A DNA stretch of 64,000 bases from NCBI GenBank assembly GCA_026770705.1, contig JANJGN010000008.1:87110001-87174000 (forward strand), read 5' to 3'. The notes below the pieces were generated by a model. It was given only the letters and a program-made list of their open reading frames with translations. It ran no database searches and was not told the origin of the DNA. Origin of the DNA: Isurus oxyrinchus. Its lineage: Eukaryota. This document shows, piece by piece, positions 26,281-37,662 of this stretch (its first letter is position 1; each line of letters starts with the position of its first letter). The translations under genes were made by a program, and so were the position numbers.

Positions 26281-26801
26281 TATTATTTTTATACTCAAGA
26301 TCTTTTGCCCTACTTTTTCATTTCTTTCCTGGTTCCTTCCTTTGGCAGATTTGGTGTGTCATCCCACCCATTGTCTCAGATTGGTCAGGAAATTTGGAAG
26401 TGGAATGCTAATGCCATGGCTGAGCTAAAGAGCCATTACAAAGCTTGCTGACAGTTTAAGCAGCATAAGGGTCCACTAAGATAAAATTCTACCTTATGAA
26501 GCAAATCAGTTTAATGTGTGACTTGGAGGTGATAATGTTCCCACGATTTGTTGCTCATGTTCTTGGTGGAGAGTTCATGAGCCTGTAGCTGCTATTGGAG
26601 TATGTTTAGTGACTTGCTGCAACACATCCTGTGCAGACTACAATGGGTGATTAAGAAATGCCTCTGAATTGTATTTCCTTTGTTGTAGTTTTGGTCAGCA
26701 ACAGCATTTCTTTGGTAATGTAGGTTTCCTACCCTCAAATCACATTATTAGCAGTAAAGATTGTTTAATAAGTGTTTCTTTCGCTAACTGAAAAAACTTA
26801 A

Positions 26802-26929
26802 GGCCGGGATTTTCTGACCCCACCATGGTGGGACCTGCCGCAGGGGGATGCAGCAGGCCAGCCAAAAGTCCACTGACTTTGGCAGGACCGGAAGACCCAG
26901 GTGGTGGGCACGGCTGTAAAATCCCAGCC
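26802..26929. mobile_element. Short Harbinger-type MITE
   Basis: Terminal inverted repeats GGCCGGGATTTT…AAAATCCCAGCC, the same TIR family as 50669-51361. Confidence 0.6.
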
Positions 26930-27569
26930 AACTTTCACGCTTTGCTGTTCTTATTAATTATCTTTTATAAGAAAGATAGGAAAGAGAAATAATATCCTTT
27001 TGGGATCAACATAGACTTGGACATTAGGTTCTTAAAATATTTGCATTCAAAATGTTAATTTTTTTGTCTACTATAAATAACTTAGCATTTCCATTCAATT
27101 AGATCATATTCAATAACTGTAATTTTCAGGGTAATGTGAAACAAAGAGTTAACTGAGGTTCTGTTGGCTGTTCTTATTCTGTAGCATGGCCCAGTCAACA
27201 CTATTCCAGTGCCATTACATGACGGACATACTTCTGTGACACCCGATGTCAAAGGATGACCTTAAATTTACACTAGTCAGTCACAATTGAATATGTGTTA
27301 CACTAAATACATTTTCAATTAAATCTCAAAAATAAAACAGACACTCAGACAAATAATACATTTTTTATTGTTATTGAAATTTAGAGTTTCTAGAATTCTG
27401 CTGAAAGTATTCAAAAGAGTAATAGTAAAAATCATAACTACTAGCACAAATAGCCATTGATATTTTTCATAATCAGAACTAATAAATAAAACTTTGTGGT
27501 AGAGTATTGAAACTGGTAGCAATTTCCTGCCCAATGCTTAGTCTTTTTGATATGATTTTTGCATTTTAG

Positions 27570-27691
27570 TGCAGACACAGCTTCTCCTGTGCGACATGAC
27601 TATATGCTTCAACTCTCCAGCAAAGATGGAGGCAGTCAAACATGGTGAAGAGAGGTACAAGCATCACAGAGAAATATCAGACCACCAATAG
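27570..27691 (+). CDS. SYCE3-like paralogue, terminal exon: VQTQLLLCDMTICFNSPAKMEAVKHGEERYKHHREISDHQ*
   Basis: Acceptor tttttgcattttag|TGCAG mirrors SYCE3 ctag|TGCAA. Ungapped alignment keeps VQ, DM, the loop Pro and the E/EE/Y positions. TAG at 27689-27691; AATAAA at 27851-27856. Confidence 0.72.
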
Positions 27692-27967
27692 CATTAAAGA
27701 AGTAAAAAGAAAATATCTTACACACCCCAAATTTTGATATAAACAACATTAAACAATGATTGATTTTCATGGTGTTGGGAATCTTGTGAAAATATTTGTC
27801 TTCTGTTTGCTCTTTCTGCTGTAATGTTATCTGTTCATGTGACATTCGGGAATAAAAGTGACACATATTTTACTTTAAGTGTTTTTGTTATTGTCCTGTG
27901 TTCACATGCTAATGCCCTTAAGAACAGTATAGTAAGAGTAAAACATAAGAAAGTTTTGAAGAAATCA

Positions 27968-29185
27968 TATCAATGATTTGGATGAGGGAACTAAATGTGA
28001 TATTTCCAAAGATAAAGATAAAATACTGTGGATGCTGGAAATCTGAAACAAAAACAAAAAATGCCGGAAAAACACATCAGGTCTGACAGCATCTGTGGTG
28101 AGAAAGACAGAATTAATGTTTCGAGTCCGTATGACTCTTCTTCAGAGCTCTGAAGAGGAGTCAGCTCTGAGGAAGAGTCATACGGACTCAAAACGTTAAC
28201 TCTGTCTTTCCCTCCACAGATGCTATCAAACCTGCTGAGTTTTTCCAGCACTTTTTGTGTGTAATATTTCCAAGTTTGCTGACCCAACACGAAACTTGGT
28301 GGGAATGTGAGTGGTGAGGAGAGTGTTAAGAGGCTTTGAAACGATTTAGACAATTTGAATGAATGGGAAAATACATAGCAGATGCAGTATTACATGGATA
28401 AGTGTGAAGTTATCCACTTTGATAAGAAAAACAGAATGGCAGGGTATTATTTAAATGGTGATAGATTGGGAAATGTTAATGTACAAAAGGACCTGGGTGT
28501 CCTTGTACACCAGTCACTGAAAGCAAGCATCCAGGTGCAGCAAGCAGTTAAGAAGGCAAATGGTATGTTGGCCTTCATTGCCAGAGGACTTGAGTACAGG
28601 AGCAAGGATGTCTTACTGCAGCTGTACGTGGCCTTGGTGAGACCACACCTGAAGTATTGTATGCAGTGTTGGTCTCCTTACCTAAGAAAGGATATACTTG
28701 CTATAGAGGGAGTGCATCAAAGGTTCACCAGACTGATTTCTGGGATGGAAGGATTCTTGTATGAGGAGAGATTGGGTCGACTAGGCCTATATTCGCTGGA
28801 GTTTAGAAGAATGAGAGGGGATCTCTCTGACAGGGCTGGACAGACTGGATGCAGGGATGATATTTCTTCTGGTTGGGGGGTCTAGAACAAGTGTTGCAGT
28901 CTCAGGATATGGAGTAGGCCATTCAGGGCAGAGATGAGGAGAAACTTCTTCACTCAGAGGGTGGTGAACCTGTGCAATTCTCTACCATAGAGGACTATGG
29001 AGGCCAAGTCATTGAATATATTTAAGAAGGAACTAGATAGATTTCTAGACTCTAAAGGCATCAAGGGGTATGGGGAGAGAGCGGGAGTATGGCATTGAGA
29101 TAGGGGATCAGCCATGATCATACTGAATGGTGGAGCAGGCTCAAAGGGCTGAATGACCTACTGCTCCTATTTCCTATGTTTCTAT
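27968..29185 (+). mobile_element. 5'-truncated CR1-clade LINE (RT C-terminus + 3' UTR)
   Basis: ORF 28382-28885 (KCEVIHF…KDLGVLV…KANGMLAFI…LVRPHLKYC…LEFRRMRGDL) and a typical tail ending cctatgtttcta. Confidence 0.88.
28010..28259. mobile_element. 250-bp palindromic mini-Penelope made of two divergent hammerhead-containing tails, inserted in the CR1
   Basis: Minus tail ~28018-28149 and plus tail ~28164-28259. 14-bp TSD TGTGATATTTCCAA (27996-28009) / TGTAATATTTCCAA (28260-28273). The CR1 RT sequence (ISKFAD) resumes across it. Confidence 0.82.
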
Positions 29186-29909
29186 ATTCAAATTGAAATG
29201 TTAATTCTGTTTCTGTCTCCACAGACGCTGCCAGACCTGCTGAGTATTTCCAGCATTTTCTGTTTTTATTTCAGATTTCCAGCATCTACAGTATTTGCTT
29301 TTAAAACAAAATCAATTTGTTGAAAACAATGCATGAACAAGTCAGGCAGTATCATTGGAGAGCGCAGATGGGTTGAGATTTCAGCTCTGAGCTCTTTGTC
29401 AAGATTGGAGGGTATTGCAGATGAACAACACTCAGAAAGGAACATAACAACAATAAGGTACAGAAAGAACACACAAGGGAATAATTAGAATGACCCAATA
29501 AAATGCTTAATTGGAAAATGAGCTGTTTAAATAGCAGAAATGATATTAAAATTAGACAATAGTGAGGCATAATAAGAATAACCAAGAAACTCAAGACAGT
29601 TACAAAACACAGGGAACATGTGAATTGCTGAAGCATGCAAGGGATGAGATCAGTGACGAATTTACAGTTAATGGGGCCCTGTCCTCAGGTTCACTTTCGG
29701 AGTCCTCCCACCCCACCAGGACTCCCGCCCCACTTCTGGAAACAAGCCAAAACTATGGGGCATTGGTTATTTCACTGGCTTTTTCACAGTCACATAACTA
29801 CTTCTGCACACTATCACATAAACTTAGTTATCGCCACTTAATCGAAAAAACTTAGTGCCTCTAATGAGATGATACAACTTAAAGCATGTATGCAATTGAG
29901 TGCTCCTTT

Positions 29910-30004
29910 GCTCTCGTGATGCAATCGGTTAGCACGTGATACATTAATGGCAGGATTGAAGCATGTGCCAAGGTTGTGCTTTCAAGCCAAACTTCTGTTC
30001 AGCA
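29910..30004 (+). pseudogene. Degenerate tRNA-Ile(UAU)-like pseudogene with intron-length spacer
   Basis: gctctcgtgatgcaatcggttagcacgtgatacattaa…tgccaaggttgtgctttcaagcc aligns with recalled vertebrate tRNA-Ile-TAT (GCTCCAGTGGCGCAATCGGTTAGCGCGCGGTACTTATA-intron-ATGCCGAGGTTGTGAGTTCGATCC). The anticodon and acceptor stem have decayed. Confidence 0.6.
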
Positions 30005-31283
30005 GCTCATATTGCGAAAAGCATGAGCTTTTGACTGACTGTGGAACGGGATATGGTGCAACCTTGAGCAATAAAATAATTTAATTGGAAGGGACCAATT
30101 TCTGTAGATTGAGAATGGATCTGTCCCGATTAAATGTCTCAAATATCAACATAAATGCTCCAAATACTCAACAGCTTCTATGGAGAGAGAAACAAAGGCA
30201 ATGATCTTTCTGATATCACTGATACTGCACTGTGTGTTTCATCTTGGTATTGATTCTCTATCTCATTGCATGTTGTTCAATTTGTTGCCAATTTCTCACT
30301 GAAAGAGGTCACAGCAATGATTACTATAATCTAAACCATCCAATGTTTATTAGCTATGAATAGGTTAAGCATTCAGGTTAGAGATTAAAGTCTGTGGTTA
30401 AGCTCAATCGTATAAACCAGTTCATTTATACCCAAACTCACCTCATAACTTATTTATTGTCCTTTAGAATGCATCAGTATATGAAGTAGGCAATAGAATT
30501 CTCGAAGTATGTTAGTCGGTGTGGGCCGGAGGGGAGTCATCATGTAGTCACCCGACTAGCAATATCCAGGTTAATTTAGTTTGTGACTCTCTTCAATCTC
30601 TCCCCATCTTTAAGCTGGAGTTTTTAAAAGAAAGACTGAAATGTAATAATGCTTTGAGACTTCTGGCGATGGTGAATAATCACAATACAGCCAATAAAAT
30701 ACTGTTGAGTTGCAGTCATTGTTGCATACAGGAAGCTCCCACAGATGACATGTGACCTTTACCGGATAACCTGCTTTTGTGAATCTGGTTGATGGATAAC
30801 AAGACTGCAGGAAAATTCCCCTGCTCTTCTAGAAAACAGTGCCAACTCTCTTTTTAGCATTGTCCTCCAAACACTTTTTAAAAGGAAACTGCGCCAGATA
30901 TACTTTTAAGGGAACTCAATTTTAAATCTTTGTTAGCAGACGGGTTTTGAGCGAGTAAAATCTGGCAACTTCCCCAGATTCAAAATCAATCTGTAATGAC
31001 TGCTATCTTCCTAATCAGTCAATTTTCAAAGAGAATTTTGGAGATGAAATAGTTGAAATTCAATCAATTGTAAGATACCTAATAAAGAAAAGTAAAACAC
31101 TAGTTAACAAGTTGTGTCAGATAATAAACAGGGTAATACTAAAATCAGCATATTCACTTTGAAATTAGTGCCTAAAAAGTAGGCGCTCTGAAATTAGTTT
31201 AATTTTTAAAAATTATTTCCAAATGTCCAAAAGTCCAAATTCACCTAGCTAGTTTCTGCAGGAGGGAATTTCCAGCCATTTAC

Positions 31284-31320
31284 CTGCAAGAAAGAACTTG
31301 TTCCCTTGGCCGAACAACCA
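31284..31320 (-). other. Immunoglobulin light-chain J segment: WLFGQGNKFFLA + G|gtaaat
   Basis: FGxG motif, 37 nt ending in a phase-1 GT donor, directly preceded by heptamer CACTGTG. The usual T after FGxG is N. Confidence 0.85.
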
Positions 31321-31359
31321 CACAGTGAAAGGTTCTAGGGTTCAATCCATACAGTCATC
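31321..31359 (+). promoter_or_regulatory. 23-bp-spacer recombination signal sequence of the J segment
   Basis: CACAGTG (31321-31327) + exactly 23 nt + degenerate nonamer ACAGTCATC (5/9 to ACAAAAACC). Confidence 0.75.
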
Positions 31360-31659
31360 CAGGAACCTGCAATCAGACAGAAAACACGTTCAGATGCACC
31401 AGTCCGAACACTAATCAGACTTCATGTATTCTCAATGTCCCTGTTGGTGAGGGACAGTAAGAAATGAACTCATAGCACCATCCACATTAACATCCACATT
31501 AAAATGTTATCAACACCCAATAGTGGGCAGTAATATTCAGAATGTTATCAATTATGAAATGATATAAATTGGAAACTTTTGTATGAAGGACAAAATTAAA
31601 GTGATTTTATAAAATGTAAAATATTAGGATGTTCTAACCAAAACATATTTGCTTCTCCC

Positions 31660-31687
31660 AGTTTTTATTTTAGCTTCTGTCACTGTG
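31660..31687 (-). promoter_or_regulatory. 12-bp-spacer recombination signal sequence of the V segment
   Basis: Minus strand CACAGTG + ACAGAAGCTAAA (12 nt) + ATAAAAACT (7/9 to the consensus nonamer). Confidence 0.88.
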
Positions 31688-32015
31688 ACACATAAGTACT
31701 GCTTGAGGAAACCCACTTTCCACAGTATTAGATGACAGCATAATTTGCTTCCACGTTCTTTATGATTAACTGGTAAATATTTTGGCCACTGTTGGCTTTT
31801 GATGTGAAACGATTGCTGCTAAACCCAGAACCATAGTTAGGGTTACTCCATGAATAGTAAAAATTGAGGACCCATTGAGCAGCTGCTCCTGGTGTCTGCA
31901 TGTACCAGTTGACACAATAGCAATCATGCGTTTCAATGTTGCAGTCCAATGCAGCCATGTGTCCCCATTTCACCAGGCAAGTCTGGAGGCTGAGTCAGAG
32001 TCTGAGACTGTCCAT
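31688..32015 (-). pseudogene. Ig light-chain V segment, sigma-type, pseudogene
   Basis: Acceptor ttttacag| then GQSQTLTQPP-[frameshift]-VKWGHMAALDCNIETHDCYCVNWYMQTPGAAAQWVLNFYYSWSNPNYGSGFSSNRFTSKANSGQNIYQLIIKNVEANYAVI*YCGKWVSSSSTYV. Conserved C, W and YC are present. The long CDR2, YGSGFSS.RF motif and 12-RSS fit sigma. It has an FR1 frameshift and a TAA in the YYC motif. Confidence 0.88.
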
Positions 32016-32054
32016 CTGTAAAAGTAAAGGGTTTGAACATTATAAATTCACTCT

Positions 32055-35000
32055 TGTAACCTGGCAACAGATTGCAACAGATGATGGAGGAGTCCGTCCA
32101 TGTTAAGTCTGAGGTCATAGTGCCAACATGCCAGCGTATCGAGGTCAACACTGGTAGGATGGTGACTGCCATGGAGACTGTGGTCCAAGACATAGGGCCT
32201 GATGTGCACCAGGAGTTGCACTCCTTTGCTGTATGCATAGGTGGGATCCATCAGTGGCTAAGCAAGAGGGGGGATGGAGCACCTCGGCCTCACTGCGGGT
32301 GCGCCATCTCCTCAAGGAGTCAGCCGGGGCGCTAAGGCACTCATGGGGATGAGGACTAGCAGCTGGAGACCATGGCACCATCAACTCAGGTGACTCTGAG
32401 AGTGTCCAGCTGATTCTAATCTCCTCTGCCTGTGACCCCATCAACTGCAGCTCCACGGGCCAAGGAGGGTGCAGCTGCCCCACAGCAGGAGACCCAAAGC
32501 AGACTGGGGCTCTCCAGACCTTGGCCCTCCAGAGGACACCCGCCAAGGTCATCATAGACAACAGGGCATTGCAGTCAGCAGGCTGTCTCCTCCTCTGCTT
32601 TGGATATCAGGAATGCATTAAGTCACAGATGTCAGGTTAGATAAATTAAGAAATCATAGGAGCACAAAGGTGTTCACAATCTGTATGGATTTTGCACAAG
32701 CGTAAATAGGTTTCCACTCATTCCACTTCTCATGTTGTGTATGCCTCTTCTAGCTGATCTTATTCCTTGTGGTCATTCAAGTGTCACAGATTACCCCCAA
32801 CCTCCCTTGCAGATGTCCCATAATGTGCATCAGCTCTATGGTGGATGGAATCATCTCATTATAGTCTCTTCCATTCTGTGCTCAGTACTGACGTGAGTGA
32901 AGCGTCAGCATCAAAGAACTTTGTGGTTAGCCAAGGCATCTCTGAGACCTACATTAGAGGTTCATCTGATGTTGAGTCATGAGTGTAGAACTTGGAGGCT
33001 GTTTTACCCCTTGGTGCTTCTGCCTTGTAGAGTGCCCAATACGTATCCTAGATGATGAAATGTGGACAAGCATGTCCTCCATGTATTTTCTGTCAGCTTT
33101 GAGTGTGCTTTATCTCCAATCCTGAACTCTGAGGTATTAGCGCTTCTGTCTTCCTGCAGCATTATCTCATGTCCGCGTGTACATCTGCACATCACCCCAA
33201 GATTAGTGGCCACCTTGCCATCCCCATGTTTTTAAGCTTTTGAACTTGACATATGTTGGTCCTTGCATTTCCTGCTAGATGGTTAAAAAGGTGCGACCCA
33301 GGAGTTGTGTGCAGAGGCCCCATGTAGCTTGAGATGGACATAGGAGGATGCTGGGCTGGGCCATAGGTCTGGATAGCATCTCTTGACATTAACCCTTTGC
33401 CAGCTCTCAGATGGCCAATGGAAATGGCTATGTGCAACAATACAATAGCATTAGTGTGCCTGGTTTCCCTGTGCATATGTGAGACTGTTGGGAAGAAAAT
33501 ATGTAGCCCTTAAGTAGATCAGAGCAAGGCTGCAATACATCTGATGTTAGCTCTTTACTATCAAGGGCTGTCAGCATTTTTGGGAGCACAATCAGGGGAA
33601 ATTGGAGACTCCAAACAGAGGCATGTTCCTGAGTGACAGGTGGATTTCAGAAGATCATGCTCGTGAAGTTTTCATGGTCCATTAAGAGGTGAGCTGGACT
33701 GCAGCCTCGCATCCTTCACTGTGAGCTACAGATGACTGTGGCCTGAGGATGTATGTGACACTCAGGACCTGAGTATGATGAAGAGGCATCAACACTTGTC
33801 TTGCATAAATGATTGGCTGAGCAGAAAAAACACAGTGTGGAATCGAATCTACCTCACACATGAAAGTGATATCCACTGAGTGAAGATCGACCTCTGTGAG
33901 GCACCTTGTCACAATGCAGACATACTACCACATGTGCACTGAGGATCGCAGTGCTGCTCCAGCCTCTTGTAGGCTGCCATTAGGAGTGGGTTGTTGGCAA
34001 GATGCTTGATGAGGCTATATCATCCCAACTGTGCTCTTGAAACGCCCTGTTGCAGTTAATTTCACATTACAAAAAGGCCACATGCTTCCAACCCTGGATA
34101 AACTGAGGACCCTCGAAGATCTGTGGCAACTGCGAGTGACTTAAGATGTATGAGTTGTGGGAGCTCCCAGGGTATCTCGCACATACCTAAATAATCTGCT
34201 TCTGATTGCAGACCAGCTGCACATTGAGAGAGTGGAAGACTTTCCTGATAATGAATTGTAGTGGTTGATGCCAGAGAGCTTTTAAAGCCACATGGCATCC
34301 TGCATCTGTGGGAACCTCGAGATAGCAGCAAAGCCCACTGCTCTGACAGCCTGGCGTGCATCATCTAGAGAAAAGTGTACTTGTGAGCCTTGCTAAAGAG
34401 GGCTTTAGTGACCTGTGTGCGTTTGTGAATAAATCTTTGAGATATTCTGCAGAGGACCCCAGTGGTGCCCTTGAATGAGCCACTCACAAAGTTGTTCAGC
34501 GTGGTGGTGACTTTGGATCTTAAAGAGTTCTACCTTGCACTAGAAGCCTAAAGCAGTGCATTCTCCCTTTGCTTTACACTGCAGCTCCAACTTGTAGTGA
34601 TGGAATGAAAGTTTGTTGGGGGCAGGCGGGGGAAGGGGTTCCCATGTCTGAATCTGCCAGTTGCAAGGTTTAGAGGTCTTAACAAGGCATCTGCATTTTT
34701 GCCTGTGGCCCATTCTTTATTAGTTCCTTCTGATACTCGGGATTTCCCAGCAGTGGGAGAAAGGGTATTTGCAAGGCGATCGTACAATGACCACAATCGC
34801 AATTATACTCTCGCGTGAAAACGCAATAAGAGTTAAGGTGCCAAATTTACTAATTTGGTGTTTAACTCAGCTGTGCCTTCGTCTCCATTAGGAAAATCAG
34901 AATTTATTAGCATGCCATTCAACTGGCCCACAAGCCCCGAGAGCTCTTGTCTGGCAATGTTTTCATGCTTTCTTTTTCAACTGTGTCATTGATTCAGCAC

Positions 35001-35940
35001 GGAAAATGGTGGTCTGAGGTTTTACTACCAGACCAGCTTCAACTGTGTGTGTGTGAGCCTGTGACTGTGGAAATCCCTCTCATCATGCTGGAGAAGCATC
35101 ATGTTCAGGTTTTCCTCCTTCCAATCATTCTCCTTCATCCCCCTCTAATCCCTGAACCCCTAGTTATAGCTGCGGGTATCCCTGTCCTCTCCCCTGAACC
35201 ACTTGATGTTGATGTCCTGATGCCCCATGTAGACCTGACCCCTCCCAATCTTGAGGCCTATTGCACTGTGACTATAGAGACCCTACCCCTGCCATGAGAC
35301 CATCAGGTGGCTGCCCCTACATTACCTCTTTCCTATCTATAGGCTGCAGATTCCTCCCCTGATTGTGACTGTACCACCTGCAGCCCAATATAAAGCCAGA
35401 AATGCCCAGTCCCGACATGTGAGAGCAATTGACCATGCTGGGCACAACTGACACAGTACTGACAGGCCTTCCCCCTCCTTGGTTTGGGACAAGGACGGTC
35501 ATTCGAAGCACAGCCCTCTAAACTGTGGTGCTGAGCCACAGGACCACCTATGCATTCTTGTCCCAACTATTGCTCTTGTGCTCTTGCCCAGGGCTGTCTG
35601 TGCTTATGGGTCCCAAATAATTCTCTCCAACCCACCGCCCACTGCCCCTCACAGTCATGTACCTGTGTGTACCTCCACCCCACCACCCCCTCGCAGTCAT
35701 GTACCTGTGTGTACCCTTTCTCAGTCTCCCCCCCCAACCCCACTCACCAGTGAAGCCTCTGCCCTCCAGCCCCTTCCCTTGCCTTTGTCTTGTGTCACCA
35801 CCATCCCCCATGAAACCTTTGCGCTCCAGCCCCTTACCTTGCCCCTGTCTTGTCTCACACCCCCCACACCCTAATGAAGCCTTTGACCTCCAGCTCCTTC
35901 CACCATACTTACCCCACCGTACCACCCATTCTCCTCCTCA

Positions 35941-35972
<32 letters not shown>

Positions 35973-36465
35973 CCCCTCCCGAACTTCCCACTGGTCTGGA
36001 ATGGAGAGCTTTGGCTCTGAACCTCCCCCCACCCCATCCCTTGAGCTCCTGCTGATCTTGCCTGCTCAGCCTGGTATAGAGTTGGAGCAGCCACGAGCAC
36101 AGCACTTAGAAAGGTAGGTGAACATACCTCGAAGTCACAAGTGCAGTTCAGGTCGTCAGGTGCATGTCATTTGTATCCAGTTGTGAATCACGCTGGTCTA
36201 ACTAGATGCTGGCATGGCCTTTTGATCAGAGTGGGGCTGTGGTTCTGATAAGCTGGCTTTTAAATGAGTATTCAAGCTATGATAATGCATGCAAATCTGG
36301 ATCCCGACATGGTGCGGCCGCTTATTCGACCGGCCATGAAAATTGGGAGCAGACAATTGCAATCTATTTTTACGCTGCTGGGAAACTGATTTTTGGGTGA
36401 CCACCAAATTTTCCTGTCCCACACACCATTAGGCGCACTGCTAGCAGGATCGGAAAATCCCATCC
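32055..36465. mobile_element. Truncated, degenerate two-gene PIF/Harbinger transposon
   Basis: Right TIR GGAAAATCCCATCC is followed by TAA (36466-36468). A minus-strand HARBI1-like remnant lies at ~34340-34520 (KVTTTLNNFVSGSFKGTTGVLCRISQ). A plus-strand partner-ORF remnant at 32060-32660 resembles 39286-39780. Left TIR not found. Confidence 0.7.
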
Positions 36466-36956
36466 TAAGGATGCAAACCAATCCATCAGTAGGATGTTCC
36501 AAACACCAACTCATTCACCACACCCTCCTTCCAAAGCACCAACACACCCATCTCACATCAGCAACACTTGCTGCCAATGAGAAAGTGAGAGTCACTGTTA
36601 AGGCCTGAAGTTATTAAAGTCAATATTAAAACCTGAATTTTTAACAAAAAGCTACAAAAGACAAGGATTGCAAGAAAAAGAGTTTCTACTTTAGGTCTGC
36701 AGGACAATACAAAAGATTATTCTGTGAAAATTAAGTAAGATGGCCCACCAAAGCAGGATAGTGTCGCACATTCATTATTTTTAAACCATAAAACCACGCA
36801 TGAAACTGATGTGCACCAATTGGACTATGCAACTCTGGTCTTACCTATCATACTGTATGCTTCCACTTGCTGAAATATGGAAACTTAACAATTCAAATAA
36901 AACTTTATTTTATATAATGTTACACTAGTTCACCTTTAGCAAATTTGAAAAAGCAT

Positions 36957-37183
36957 GGGCGGAATTTTATGGCCCTCTTCGCAGTGTGTTCAAAACTCCA
37001 TTTAATTGCCTCTGTTTAATTCTGTTTAACTCTGTTTAACTCTGTTTGCCTCTGTTTAACTCTGTTTGCCTATGTTTAAATCTGTTTAACTCTGTTTGCC
37101 TCTGTTTAACTCTATTTAAGTCTGTTTGCCTCTGTTTAAGTCTATTTGCCTCTGTAAAATCCCGTTGGTGTAAAATTCTGCCC
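36957..37183. mobile_element. Harbinger-type MITE filled with a 10-bp-period minisatellite (CTCTGTTTAA / CTCTGTTTGC)
   Basis: TIRs GGGCGGAATTTT…AAAATTCTGCCC; tandem array at ~37005-37155. Confidence 0.72.
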
Positions 37184-37662
37184 AATGGGTTGTATTTTTT
37201 TGTCCCGCGGGCGCGCGTCCGAACCGAACGGGAGTAAAATATTGCGTGATGATGTCAGGTGAGTGCTCCGATGTCATCATGCACTCACACGATATTTCGC
37301 TTGGTGGGCACAAATGGGCACCCGCCATTAATTAACAGGCCACTTAAGGCCATTAACAATCCAATTGTCTGTGATTTTTCGTTGCCCATGCGATTTTCTG
37401 CTCGTTGCATGGGCAAAACGGGCAGGTAGCCAGCTGACACTTTCTCAAATCTCATCCAAGTGCGAGTGTGAGTAGTGAGCAGTTTTCGAGCTAGTTTGCA
37501 GCTGGTTGCTTATTGGTACTGGGCAGCTTCATTTCTGTTCGGAGCTTCAATCTTATCATTTCTAGGCCTCATTTCAGGACTCATTGCTGCCTGTCAGGCC
37601 CCCGGAGGATTCAGACTGTGTGGACCCCTCCAGGTATCAGACAGCTTTCTGTTCCCCTAGTA

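Noticed and set aside
35479-36100. Poly-Pro and poly-Gly ORFs around the poly-C tract
   Set aside because: Low-complexity internal repeats of the Harbinger element with a homopolymer run; not coding evidence.
36289-36296. ATGCAAAT octamer as the Ig promoter
   Set aside because: It lies inside the Harbinger subterminal sequence and no leader exon follows it.
37005-37155. Regularly spaced repeats resembling a CRISPR array
   Set aside because: Contiguous 10-bp tandem units without unique spacers, in eukaryotic DNA; it is a minisatellite inside a MITE.
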